A stretch of DNA of 64,000 bases from Mustelus asterias. Lineage: Eukaryota. Shown piece by piece: positions 13,076 through 23,650 of this stretch. Each line of letters begins with the position of its first letter. The first letter of the stretch is position 1. The translations under genes were made by a program, and so were the position numbers. The notes beneath the pieces are model-generated. The model was not told the DNA's origin. It was given only the letters and a program-made list of their open reading frames with translations, and did no database searches. The stretch covers positions 44,578,001 through 44,642,000 of the forward strand of contig NC_135803.1 in the NCBI RefSeq assembly GCF_964213995.1, in the 5' to 3' direction.

Positions 13076-16000
13076 GATCTGTATACAAAAAACGGGTGGA
13101 ACTTGAATCACACGGGGACCAATATCCTGGCCGGTAGGTTGGCTAAGGTTACTGGGGAGAATTTAAACTAGATAGGTTGGGGGGAGGGGAGCTAGAAGAG
13201 TTGACTAGGATCAAGGAACTAATTGATGGGGTGGAGGATGCAGGGGTAAGGGGAATTACAAAATTAATGGTAGAGGAGAGGGTGCAAGTGAATGAAGGCG
13301 GTAATTTAGATAAGGGAGTAGAGGGAGAGGGTGTTCGCGACTCATCAAAGCGGGTCCAGATAAAAGCTGGAATAAGGACACTTTGCCTGAATGCACGAAG
13401 CATTCGGAACAAGGTAAATGAGTTGATGGTGCAAATCAGCACGAGTGGGTACGATCTAGTGGCCATTACAGAAACGTGGCTGAAAGGTGACCAGGACTGG
13501 GAGATGAATATCCAGGGGTATCAGGCGTTTAGGAAGAATAGACAGGAAGGAAAAGGTGGTGGGGTCGCGCTATTAATAAGAGATAATATCAGGGTAGTAC
13601 TGAGGGATGACATAGGCTCTGAGGAACAAAACGTGGAATCATTATGGGTAGAGATGAGGAATAGTAGAGGGAGAAAGACACTAGTAGGTGTGGTATATAG
13701 GCCCCCAAATAATAATGTTGAGGTAGGGAGGGCTATAAACAAGCAGATAAGGGATGCGTGTAAAAACGGAACGGCAATAATCATGGGGGACTTCAACATG
13801 CACATTGACTGGCAGACTCAAGTCGGTAAGGGTGGAATGGAGGAAGAGTTCTTAGAATGCTGTCGGGATAGTTTCCTTGAACAGCATGTTACGGAACCGA
13901 CGAGGGAACGAGCTATTTTGGATCTGGTATTGTGTAACGAGGTAGGTAGAATTAAGGATCTTATTGTGAAGGACCCTCTTGGGTCTAGTGACCACAATAT
14001 GGTCGAATTTCTGATTCAGATGGAAGAGGAGAAAGTTTGGTCCCAAACCAGTGTCCTCTGTTTGAACAGAGGGAAATATGATAGGATGAGGGATGAATTG
14101 GCTAAGGTAGACTGGGAGAGCAGGCTGGCAGGTAGGATAGCTGAGGAACAGTGGAGGATTTTTAAGGAGATCCTTTTCAGTTCTCAGCAAAAATATATTC
14201 CAGCAAAAAACAAGGATTGTAAGAAAAGGGAGAACCAGCCGTGGATAACGAAGGAAATAAAGGAGAGTATTAAAATAAAAACAGCTGCGTACAGAGTGGC
14301 CAAAAATAGTGGAGAAACAAGTGATTGGGAAAAATTTAAGAAACAACAAAGAGAGACTAAGAAAGCGATAAAGAAAGGAAGGATAGACTATGAAGCTAGG
14401 CTAGCAATTAATATAAAAAATGATAGTAAAAGTTTTTATAAATATATAAAAAGGAATAGAGTGGCTAGAGTGAATGTTGGACCCTTGGAGGACGAGAGGG
14501 GGGAGTTAATAGTGGGAAATGAGGATATGGCTGAGTCTTTAAATAAGTTTTTTGTGTCGGTCTTCACGGTGGAGGACACAAATAGTTTGCCAAATATTAA
14601 CGATAGAGGGTTGGCAGCAGGAGAAATACTTAATACAATTAATGTTACCAGAGAGGCAGTGCTGGGTAGACTAATGGGACTGAAGGTGGATAAGTCCCCG
14701 GGTCCGGATGGAATGCATCCCAGGGTATTGAAAGAAATGTCAGAGGTAATAGTGGATGCGTTAGTGATTATTTATCAAAACTCGTTGCATTCTGGGGTAG
14801 TGCCGGTTGATTGGAAAACGGCTAATGTTACGCCGCTGTTTAAAAAAGGAAGGAGACAAAAGACGGGTAACTATAGGCCGGTCAGCTTAACGTCTGTAGT
14901 AGGGAAAATGCTGGAATCCATTATTAAAGAGGAGATAGCAGGGCATCTGGATAGAAATGGTTCGATCAATCAGACGCAGCATGGATTCATGAGGGGAAAG
15001 TCGTGCTTGACGAACATGTTGGATTTTTATGAAGATGGGACTAGGGCGGTTGATGGAGGAGAACCGGTGGATGCGGTGTTTTTGGATTTCCAAAAGGCGT
15101 TTGATAAGGTGCCCCATAAAAGGCTGCTGAAGAAGATTAGGGCACACGGAGTTGGGGGTAGTGTGTTAAAGTGGATTGGGGACTGGCTATCCGACAGGAA
15201 GCAAAGAGTCGGAATAAATGGGTGTTTTTCCGGTTGGAGGAAGGTAACTAGTGGCGTGCCGCAGGGATCGGTACTCGGGCCGCAACTATTTACCATTTAT
15301 ATAGATGATCTGGAGGAGGGGACGGAGTGTAGGGTAACGAAGTTTGCAGACGACACAAAGATAAGTGGAAAAGTGAATCGTGTGGAGGACGGAGAAGATC
15401 TGCAGAGAGATTTGGACAGGCTGAGTGAGTGGGCGAGGATATGGCAAATGGAGTATAACGTTGAGAAATGCGAGGTTATACACTTTGGAGGAAATAATAA
15501 CAAATGGGATTACTATCTCAATGGAAACAAATTAAAACATGCTACCGTGCAAAGGGACCTGGGGGTCCTTGTGCATGAGACGCAAAAGCCCAGTCTGCAG
15601 GTACAACAGGTGATCAAGAAGGCAAATGGGATGTTGGCCTATATTGCGAGGGGGATAGAATATAAAAGCAGGGATGTCTTGATGCACCTGTACAGGGCAT
15701 TGGTGAGGCCGCAGCTGGAATACTGTGTGCAGTATTGGTCCCCTTATATGAGGAAGGATATATTGGCATTGGAGGGAGTGCAGAGAAGGTTCACCAGGTT
15801 GATACCGGAGATGAGGGGTTTGGATTATGAGGAGAGGCTGAGGAGATTGGGTTTGTACTCGTTGGAGTTTAGAAGGATGAGGGGGGATCTTATGGAGACT
15901 TATAAGATAATGCGGGGGCTGGATAGGGTGGAGGCGGAGAGATTCTTTCCACTTAGTAAGGAAGTTAAAACTAGAGGACACAGCCTCAAAATAAAGGGGG

Positions 16001-16281
16001 GTCGGTTTAAGACAGAGTTGAGGAGGAACTTCTTCTCCCAGAGGGTGGTGAATCTCTGGAATTCTCTGCCCACTGAGGTGGTGGAGGCTACCTCGCTGAA
16101 TATGTTTAAAGCGCGGATGGATGGATTCCTGATCGGTAAGGGAATTAAGGGTTATGGGGATCAGGCGGGTAAGTGGTACTGATCCACGTCAGATCAGCCA
16201 TGATCTTATTGAATGGCGGGGCAGGCTCGAGGGGCTAGATGGCCTACTCCTGCTCCTATTTCTTATGTTCTTATGTTCTTA
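13076..16281 (+). mobile_element. CR1 LINE family A, 5'-truncated within ORF1, with intact ORF2; antisense in an ECT2 intron
   Basis: ORF1 esterase-like tail DLYTKNGWNLNHTGTNILAGRL..LN* (TAG at 13169), then ORF2, then 3' tail (TTCTTATG)n. Confidence 0.93.
13177..16182 (+). CDS. CR1 ORF2: APE endonuclease plus reverse transcriptase
   Basis: 1001-aa uninterrupted ORF. EN motifs NARS, ITETW, YRPP, MGDFN, SDH; RT motifs YRPVSLTS, QHGF, DFQKAFD, GVPQGSVLGP, FADD. The true start codon is uncertain. Confidence 0.92.
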   Translation: MGGGELEELTRIKELIDGVEDAGVRGITKLMVEERVQVNEGGNLDKGVEGEGVRDSSKRVQIKAGIRTLCLNARSIRNKVNELMVQISTSGYDLVAITETWLKGDQDWEMNIQGYQAFRKNRQEGKGGGVALLIRDNIRVVLRDDIGSEEQNVESLWVEMRNSRGRKTLVGVVYRPPNNNVEVGRAINKQIRDACKNGTAIIMGDFNMHIDWQTQVGKGGMEEEFLECCRDSFLEQHVTEPTRERAILDLVLCNEVGRIKDLIVKDPLGSSDHNMVEFLIQMEEEKVWSQTSVLCLNRGKYDRMRDELAKVDWESRLAGRIAEEQWRIFKEILFSSQQKYIPAKNKDCKKRENQPWITKEIKESIKIKTAAYRVAKNSGETSDWEKFKKQQRETKKAIKKGRIDYEARLAINIKNDSKSFYKYIKRNRVARVNVGPLEDERGELIVGNEDMAESLNKFFVSVFTVEDTNSLPNINDRGLAAGEILNTINVTREAVLGRLMGLKVDKSPGPDGMHPRVLKEMSEVIVDALVIIYQNSLHSGVVPVDWKTANVTPLFKKGRRQKTGNYRPVSLTSVVGKMLESIIKEEIAGHLDRNGSINQTQHGFMRGKSCLTNMLDFYEDGTRAVDGGEPVDAVFLDFQKAFDKVPHKRLLKKIRAHGVGGSVLKWIGDWLSDRKQRVGINGCFSGWRKVTSGVPQGSVLGPQLFTIYIDDLEEGTECRVTKFADDTKISGKVNRVEDGEDLQRDLDRLSEWARIWQMEYNVEKCEVIHFGGNNNKWDYYLNGNKLKHATVQRDLGVLVHETQKPSLQVQQVIKKANGMLAYIARGIEYKSRDVLMHLYRALVRPQLEYCVQYWSPYMRKDILALEGVQRRFTRLIPEMRGLDYEERLRRLGLYSLEFRRMRGDLMETYKIMRGLDRVEAERFFPLSKEVKTRGHSLKIKGGRFKTELRRNFFSQRVVNLWNSLPTEVVEATSLNMFKARMDGFLIGKGIKGYGDQAGKWY

Positions 16282-17130
16282 TACAAACAATAGATTTTAT
16301 AAACTGTTGTCCCAACTTGCCATTAGGCATGCTTTTTTTCCAAGTTCATCAATTTATTTAACCTTTGACATTTCAGTTAATACCAAAAAGACATAAACCA
16401 CTGGATTTGGATGCAGAATCCCCCCATTTATTGCTGAATTGCAGTTTGTGCAATTTGCATTACAAGCTCCAATAACTTATTTGGCCTTTCTTTTTGCAAC
16501 AATACAAGTTGAGGACAGGATCATGTCCAACATTGGCCCAGTTTTACACCAATAGTTAATGGAGTTATGTACCAGACCAGCAAATTGAAATAGTATCCAA
16601 AACATCTTTTAGCTGAACATCACTTACCAAATGAGCTATTTGTTTTTAAAAGTGTCATTTAAAAAAACTGGAAGTGAAGATAATTCATTGGCTAACTATA
16701 AATTAACAGTAAATTGATGATCAGATGCAGTTGGCATCAATCTAACAAAAAAGGTTAATCATTAACCTAACTCTACAATAGTCAGATAATATTGGTCAAC
16801 TTAGTGTCATGGATAAAAGAACCCGTGGACTTTTAGGTTTAGCTTATTACCAAGGCTTGCAGAACTGTCTTTGGGTAAGAACAAATTAAAATTTTCAAGC
16901 AAAACAGAAAATTAAAACCTTCCACTTTTTAAAAGAATAATTGTATGCGCTTACCAAAAATTGTTTCAGCATGTTAGGAATGTCAGGCGTTTTACTAATA
17001 AAGATGGATTATCACAGTAACAAAAGAATCAGAATTTCAAAATAAAAATTCCTTTAATAGAACACACATCACTGACACCTTACAAATGAAAAGATAATGA
17101 ACATGACAGTTTTAAACATGATGTTATTAC

Positions 17131-17207
17131 CTCCAAGGCTTTCAGAATCTGTTCAGTGTCTCCAACCTTTCCCAATAACGCAACTTTTGTTTGAATCAGA
17201 GGTGCAC
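17131..17207 (-). CDS. ECT2: ECT2 coding exon 2
   Basis: ttctag|GT...GAG|gtaata, 77 nt. Reads (S)APLIQTKVALLGKVGDTEQILKALE, similar to human PQIETRVILVQEAGKQEELIKALK; phases fit both neighbouring exons. Confidence 0.85.
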
Positions 17208-17329
17208 CTAGAAAGCAAAACCAAAAATTTATAAGCACAAATTGATCTCCCACAGCATTGACTAAATGTAGCTTTCAAATGAAGGGGGGGCTAGAGGATA
17301 TTGAATAATTGGAACAGAGTATACCGATA

Positions 17330-19290
17330 TAATAGAGTCCCTATTTCTAAGTCATGCATTTTGTCAACCAAGAGCAGTGGAATCATACCCGAGGAAGATG
17401 GTGTTGTCAACCTGGTCAAACACTGCAGACAGAAATGGATAAGGAGGAAATGTTTACCTTCATTACAGTCACAAAGGAAATCACTTGTGACTTTAATAAG
17501 AGCTGGATGAACACTATCGCAGGAGTGGAAACTTTATTGAAGGGATTCAAACATGGAGTTCTGGGAAAGATGTGGATGGATTTGGGAGACAACTACACAG
17601 TCAAGGACTTTGGAAAGGGAGTTTGGAGATGAGTCAGTAAATTGCAAGGTCAGAGGGATCAACAGTTGGTTTTGAGAGAACAGGAGTGATGCAGGTTTAA
17701 TGAGGGACTTCAGTTAGTGGGATAGATTGAAGCCGGGCCTTTTCTCTTTTGAGAAAAAGGAGGTCGATAGGGGTTTGATAGAAGTCTTCCAAACCATGAA
17801 CAGCCTAGACAGAGTAGATGAGAAGAAACTATTCTCATTTGCTATTGATGTTCTCATTTGCCAAAGAGCAAAGTGGTTGAGAACCTGAGGACACCAATGG
17901 CAAAAGAGCCAAAGGCAACAAGAGGAATAACTATTTCTTAAGCAGTTGCATTTTTTTCTTTCATATGTGGATATTGTTGAAAAGGGGAGCATTTATCACC
18001 CTTCCCCGATTGCCCTTGAGGTGGCAAAGATCACTTTCTTGAGCTGCAAGTATACCCACAGTGCTCTCAGGAATGGAGGTCCAACAATAGTGAAGGCACA
18101 GCAATATAGTTCCTCGTCAGGTTGATCTATGGTGTGGAGGGGACCATAGGCTATGGTATTCCCATGTTCGACTCCCTTGTCCTTCTAGCTCGTCGGGATC
18201 ACAGGTTTGGAAGGTACTGTCGAAGGAGAGTTGGCGAATTTCTGCAGTGCATCATGTACGTTGTACTGTATGTTGGCAGTGGAGGAAATGAATATTTAGT
18301 GGTGGATGGGGTGCCAATCAAACTAGCTGTTTGTCCTGGATGAAGAAGAGGTAGGGCGCTGTCAGAGCCACGTTCATCCAGACAAGTTCTCCTACATTGC
18401 CTTCTACAGACGTGTAGGCAAAGTATTTATATGACTGGTCCAGTTCAGATTTTGGTTGATGGCAAGTCCCATGATGTTGAAAGAGACTTCCAATGATGGC
18501 AATACCATTGAATGTTATGGAGTGATGATTAGGATCTGGAATGCAATGCCTTAGAATATGGTGGGCAGATTCAATTGTGACTTTCAAGAAGAAATTGTTT
18601 AAAAAGTTTATAGTTTATTAGTGTCACAAGTAGGCTTACAATGAAGGCTGCAATGAAGTTAGTGAAAATCCCCTACACTCCAGCGCCTGTTCAGGTAGTG
18701 AGGGAGAATTTAGCATGGCCAACATACCTAACCAGCACGTCTTTTGGACTGTGGGAGGAAACTGGAGCACCCAGAGGAAACCCAAGCAGACACAGGGAGA
18801 ACATGCAGGCTCTGGACAGACAATGACCCAAGCCAGGAATCGAACCTGGATCCCTGGCGCTGTGAGGCAGCTGTGTTAACCACAGTGCCATCGATAAATT
18901 GGATAATTAACAAGGGCAGCAGATGCATGGGAATACCACCATTCAAAAGTTCCCCTCCAAGGCACACACCATTCTGACTTGGAACTTTATTATCGTTTCT
19001 TCACCATCACTGGGTCAAGATCTTGGAACTCCATCTCTAACAACACTGCATGTGCACCAAAGGGACTGCAGCAGATCAAGAAGTGGCTCACCACCACAAT
19101 TAGAGATGGACAATGCTGACCTAGGCAGCAATGCCCACATCTCATGAAAGAAATGTCAAAAATCTGAAGAGAAAAAAAATTGCAGAGCTGCAGGGGAAGT
19201 CGGGGAGTGGGACAAGCTGAGCTACTATTCCAAAGAGCCTGCATGTGCACAACAAATCAAATATCCTCCTCCATAGAGTAATTATTCTAT
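17330..19290. mobile_element. Cluster of nested old LINE fragments (L2-like and CR1-like) around a SINE
   Basis: Segments resemble the CR1 3' region and 58420-60080. Internal boundaries are not well resolved. Confidence 0.55.
18603..18890 (-). mobile_element. V-SINE, alternative-tail variant
   Basis: Matches 9969-10275. Confidence 0.85.
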
Positions 19291-19669
19291 TTTAAAGTTT
19301 TCTGGGGAAGGATGAAACCGGGTTGAACCTAAAGAATCCATGACATTTAGGTTCAATTTGGGTCAACCATTAATGATTGCTCTAAAAGACTATTGAGAAA
19401 CATGTGCCAAACTCTCAACAAATTGAGAGAATAAAATTCTATATGATTTTACTGTTACTCAATTTATCGGGGGGGGGGGGGGGAGAGGCGGGGTGGCGGC
19501 GAAACAACACAACTACAAAGGTACACAAGATTGTCCAGTTAAGTAGAGAACTGAGTGAACAATTGGTTTGGCCAAATCCTAGATCCACTGTGATAAAATC
19601 AGACATTTCTTACTCCCAAAAGCATTTACGTTATTCCTGCACATCTATAACTTCCAGTTGCAAGTTTTA

Positions 19670-19838
19670 GGGCAGCAGTGATTAGCACTGCTGCCTCACA
19701 GAGCCAGCAACCTGGTGTCCTTACTTAGTGTACCTGAACAGGCACCAGAGTGTGGCAACTAGGGGATTTTCACAGCAACTCCAATGCAGTGTTAATGTAA
19801 GCCTACTTGTGACACTAATAAATAAACAAACTTTAAAC
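19670..19838 (+). mobile_element. V-SINE, alternative-tail variant, internally deleted
   Basis: Head fragment joined directly to the alternative tail. Confidence 0.78.
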
Positions 19839-20129
19839 AAAATAAAAGCAAATTACTGTGGATGCTGGAATCTAAAACCAAAAGAGAAAATGCTGGAAAA
19901 TCTCAGCAGGTCCAGCAGCATCTGTAAGGAGAGGTGGTAGCCACGATGTAGAGATACTGGCATTGGACTGGGGCACAGTAAGAAGTCTCACAACGCCAGG
20001 TTAAAGTCCAACAGATTTATTTGGTAGCACGAGTTTTCAGAGTACTGCCCCTTCATCAGGTGCTGTGAGACTTCTTACTGAGAGAGAAAAGAGCTGACCT
20101 TTTGAGTCCAGACGATCCTTTGTCAAAGC
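19839..20129. mobile_element. Penelope-like relic with a second Penelope-like relic nested at 19934-20080
   Basis: TSD ACTTTAAAC at 19830 and 20130. Outer part matches 42543-42768; inner part matches 43936-44030 and 62344-62502. The Penelope assignment is inferred from the hammerhead motifs and inverted structure. Confidence 0.7.
20026..20064 (-). ncRNA. Minimal hammerhead motif with degenerate stem II, on the ECT2 sense strand
   Basis: AGCAC-CUGAUGA-A-GGGGCAGUACUCU-GAAA-AC-UC-GUGCU. Confidence 0.6.
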
Positions 20130-20401
20130 ACTTTAAACTAAACTATCCCAATTGTACAACACTGTACCCAATGGTCAGTGCTCCATTAACTGCAGCAGGT
20201 CGTCTAACATCAGCGTCAGTCAGTTCAACAGAAGTGAAGCCTGCTTAGAGAACAATTCAGTCTTTGTGCATATACCAATTGGGCCACCCCAAGATTTACA
20301 TCACCCAACAGCGATGGTCAGCTGAAAGCCATGTCTCTATCTGCCAGAAACGGGGTGAATGCTCCGTAACCGCTTTCCCCACACGGAAACTAGAGTCTTA
20401 C

Positions 20402-20543
20402 TAAGAGCATCCTCTCCGGCGTCCGCTGCGACCTCGGCCGACTGGTGCTCCTTGAAGGAGTCGGCGAGTCTGGAGTCGAAAGCGGACGAGTCCACCAAGA
20501 AACTCCCGGTCACGGCGGCCACCGAGCTCCTCTCGGCGGCCAT
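20402..20543 (-). CDS. ECT2: ECT2 (RhoGEF) first coding exon
   Basis: ATG at 20543 reads MAAERSSVAAVTGSFLVDSSAFDSRLADSFKE..., resembling the vertebrate ECT2 N-terminus (..LADSSIFDSK..). Ends at donor A|gtaaga; 142 nt, phase 1; lies in a CpG-rich island. Confidence 0.85.
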
Positions 20544-20659
20544 TGTCTGCTCGCGACTCCCCGGACCGGACCAGGTAAAAGTTGAAAGGAAGGCACCCTC
20601 TGAAATGTTAAAGCGGCCTTTCGGGCGTACGCCGCGGCTCAAAGCCCGAGGACGAGCCC

Positions 20660-20910
20660 CGGTTTAAATTTGGCGCGCTCTGTGGTCTTTTCAAACGGCT
20701 CTGGAACCCGGGCTCTCGGCGCCGCCAACGGAAAATTCAAACTTCCAGACGCACTCCTAAACCCCTGCTCCGATTGGTCCACACGTAACCGACCAACAGG
20801 CGCGAGCGGCTTGTCCTGATTGGCTGGTTAAGATTCTCGGACCTGTGATTGGTCCCGAGGACGCCTAGGCCACAGCTGATTGGCCAGCGAACCGCCGTCT
20901 CTGATTGGCT
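20660..20910 (-). promoter_or_regulatory. ECT2 promoter with NF-Y boxes, CHR/CDE and E2F-like sites
   Basis: Five ATTGG (CCAAT on minus) at 20773, 20819, 20848, 20879 and 20904. CHR hexamers TTCAAA at 20690 and 20736 and TTTAAA at 20663. TTTGGCGCG at 20669. CpG-rich. Confidence 0.8.
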
Positions 20911-21097
20911 GAAGGTCAGCCTCCTGCCGCCAGTGTTCTGGATGCTGGAGGATCGGAAAGCGCAGGGCGAGGTGGACATTGTAAACGTGAATCTCAGAGT
21001 GCCACACACTGCACTGAGAGAAACTGATTTGTTCGGCATGTGTTATAATCTCCGCAGAGAGCGTTAACTTTAAAGAAAATAATTTCAATTAATAGTT

Positions 21098-21395
21098 TTT
21101 AGTTTATTTATTGGTGTCACGAGTAAGAAGTTACTGTGAAATCCCCTAGTCCGGCACACTCTGGCTGGCGCCTGTTCGGGTACACTGATTTAGCATGGCC
21201 GATGCACCTAACCAGCTCGTCTCTCAGACTGTGGGAGGAAACCAGAGCACCCGGAGGAAACCCATGCAGACACGGGGAGAACATGCAGACTCCGCACAGA
21301 CTGTGACCCAAGCCTGGAATTGAACCCAGGTCCTTGGCGCTGTGAAACAGCTGTGTTAACCACTGTGCCACTGTACTGCCCTTGCCACCATGCCG
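21098..21395 (-). mobile_element. V-SINE, alternative-tail variant, just upstream of the ECT2 promoter
   Basis: Matches 9969-10275. Confidence 0.85.
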
Positions 21396-21484
21396 CTGAA
21401 GCTGGTATGACAAGAATCTTTTGTACTGTAATAAACAAACTAAAATACAAATTTTTAGGCACTGCAGAACCAGACTCTTCCTTT

Positions 21485-22760
21485 TATAGAGTGATAGATG
21501 CACACAGTACAGAAAAAAGACCCTTCGGCTCATTGAGTCTATGCTGGTCAAAGACAAACCACCCAACTATTCTAATCCTATTTTCCAGCACTTGGCCCCA
21601 TTGCCTTGTATGCCTCGGCATCACGTGTATATCTAAATACTTCTTAAGTGTCATTACGATCTCTGCCTCCAGCACCCTTTCAGGCAATGAATTACAGACT
21701 CCCACCACCCTTTCGGTGAAAATGTTTTTTCTCACATCCCCTATAAACCACCAGCCTCCTCGTCATTGATTCCTCCACCAAGGGGAACATTTCTTCTTGT
21801 TAACGCGATCTATGCCCCTCATAATTTTATCTTGATCATGTCCTCCCTCAACCTCCTCTGCCCTCACAAAAACAACCTCAGACTATCCAATCTCTCTTCA
21901 GAACTAAAACTCTCCAGCCCAGGCAACATCCTGGAAAATCTTCTCTGCACCCTTTCCAGTGCTATCACATCCCTCCTATAATGTGGATTCCAGAACTGCA
22001 CACAATAGTCTAGCTGTGGCCTACCTAACATTTTCTATAGTTCCAGCATAATCTCCCTGCTCTTAAAGTCTATGCCTTGGCTAATAAAAAGAAGTATGCC
22101 ATATGCTTTCTTAACCATTTTGTCCACCTGTCCTACTACCTGAAGGGACTGTTTTACATGCACATCAAGATCCCTCTGATCCTTGGTGCTTTCCAGGGTC
22201 TTGCCGTTCATCATGTGTATATTCCCTTGTCTTGTTTGTCCTTCCCAAGTACATCACCTCAAACTTATCCGGATTGAATTCCATTTGCTACTGATCAGGC
22301 CATCTAACCAGCCTGTCTATATCCTCCTGTAATCTAAGGCTATCTTCCTCACTATTTGCCACCCAACCAATTTTGTATCATCCTTAAACATACTGATCAA
22401 CCGTCCTACGTTTAAACCGTAAACATACTGATCAACCCTCCTACATTCTAGTCTAAATCATTTATATAAACCATAAACAGCAAGGGCCCCAACACTGATC
22501 CCTGCTGGACCCACTGGACACAGGCTTACAGTCAGAAAAACACACGTCAACTAACACCTCCCCCCCCCCACCACCCCGCCCTGCTTCCTGCCACTCAGCC
22601 AACTCTGGATTCAATGTGCTAAATTTCCTTAGATCCCCATGGTCTCTTACTTTTAATATCAGTCCCCCATTTGGGACCTTGTCAATAGCCTCACTTAAGT
22701 CCAAGAAGACTACGCCAAATGCATTGCTGTCACCTGCACACCTAGTCACCACTTCAAAAC
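21485..22760 (-). mobile_element. Degraded CR1 LINE
   Basis: RT remnants (FLDLSEAIDKVP, FTERVVGVCNSLP) and a CR1-type 3' end near 21500. Confidence 0.8.
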
Positions 22761-23305
22761 TGAAAAGAAACTCTCCACATGTATACTTTCCACTGTCCTT
22801 TAAGTAGATTTTCAGCTTCCCTGCACCCAGTCCAAAGTCATTCTTACCCCCTGAGGGTTTACTTCCATTCTTTCTTTTCCAAGCTTGGTAACCTTTACAC
22901 CCAGAACTATCTTTCACAATGAGGGTTCTCCTGGAGATTTCTCTCTTTAACTAAAGCTAGGCAAATTTTCCAGTCTCATTTAAATTCTCAGGAATTTGCT
23001 CTTTTCAATTCAGGCATGAACTCCCAAGTGCACCAAGACTTTTGGCCTCTGGATGCTCTCTCTCCCTTCTGGATGCGGACAGATTGGCTATATCTCTGAC
23101 TTTTCAGGCGTATCTCAGAAAATCTCCCCTCTCAAAGTCCATCTCCATGGCAATGTAAATCATGTGGCCTAGTTTCCATGTAGAAATGTTGATCAGCTAT
23201 CCTTTAGTGCCCAACTCTCTTTTATCTTGGAACTAAATGGACAATTTAAAGCATAACTGTTTACAACCTAACATTCTCAAGACCCTCTTGGTACCTTTGA
23301 GATTT

Positions 23306-23650
23306 GGGTGGCACGGTAGCACAGTGGTTAGAGCACTGCTGCCTCACAGCTCCAGGGACCTGGGTTCGATTCCCGGCTTGGGTCTCTGTCTGTGTGGAGT
23401 TTGCACATTCTCCTCGTGTCTGTGTGGGTTTCCTCTGGGTACTCCATTTTCCTCCCACAGTCCAAAGATGTGCGGGTTAGGTTGATTGGCTATGCTAAAA
23501 TTGCCCTTAGTGTCCTGGGATGCGTAGGTTAGAGGGATTAGTGGGTAAATATGTAGGGATATGGGGGTAGGGTCTGGGTGGGATTGTGGTCGGTGCAGAC
23601 TCGATGGGCCGAATGGCCTCTTTCTGTGCTGTAGGGTTTCTAAGGTTTCT
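23306..23650 (+). mobile_element. Full-length HE1-type tRNA-derived V-SINE with CR1-like tail
   Basis: A box TAGCACAGTGG, B box GGTTCGATTCC, central GGGTTTCCTC..TTCCTCCCACAGTCCAAAGA core, tail GGGCCGAATGGCCT..TTTCTA resembling CR1 3' ends in this window. Confidence 0.9.

Noticed and set aside
16955-17078. Second splice-like segment after ECT2 exon 2
   Set aside because: Weak AAG acceptor only ~50 nt from the upstream donor, an in-frame stop, and no ECT2 similarity.
20359-20667. Plus-strand 102-aa ORF and other ORFs over the ECT2 CpG island
   Set aside because: Antisense shadows in GC-rich, stop-poor DNA with no recognisable domain.
22385-22446. Short tandem duplication TAAACATACTGATCAACC
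   Set aside because: A local duplication inside a dead CR1; only two units and not CRISPR-like.
23306-23380. tRNA gene
   Set aside because: The A and B boxes belong to a SINE head that continues into the SINE core; there is no complete cloverleaf or terminator.
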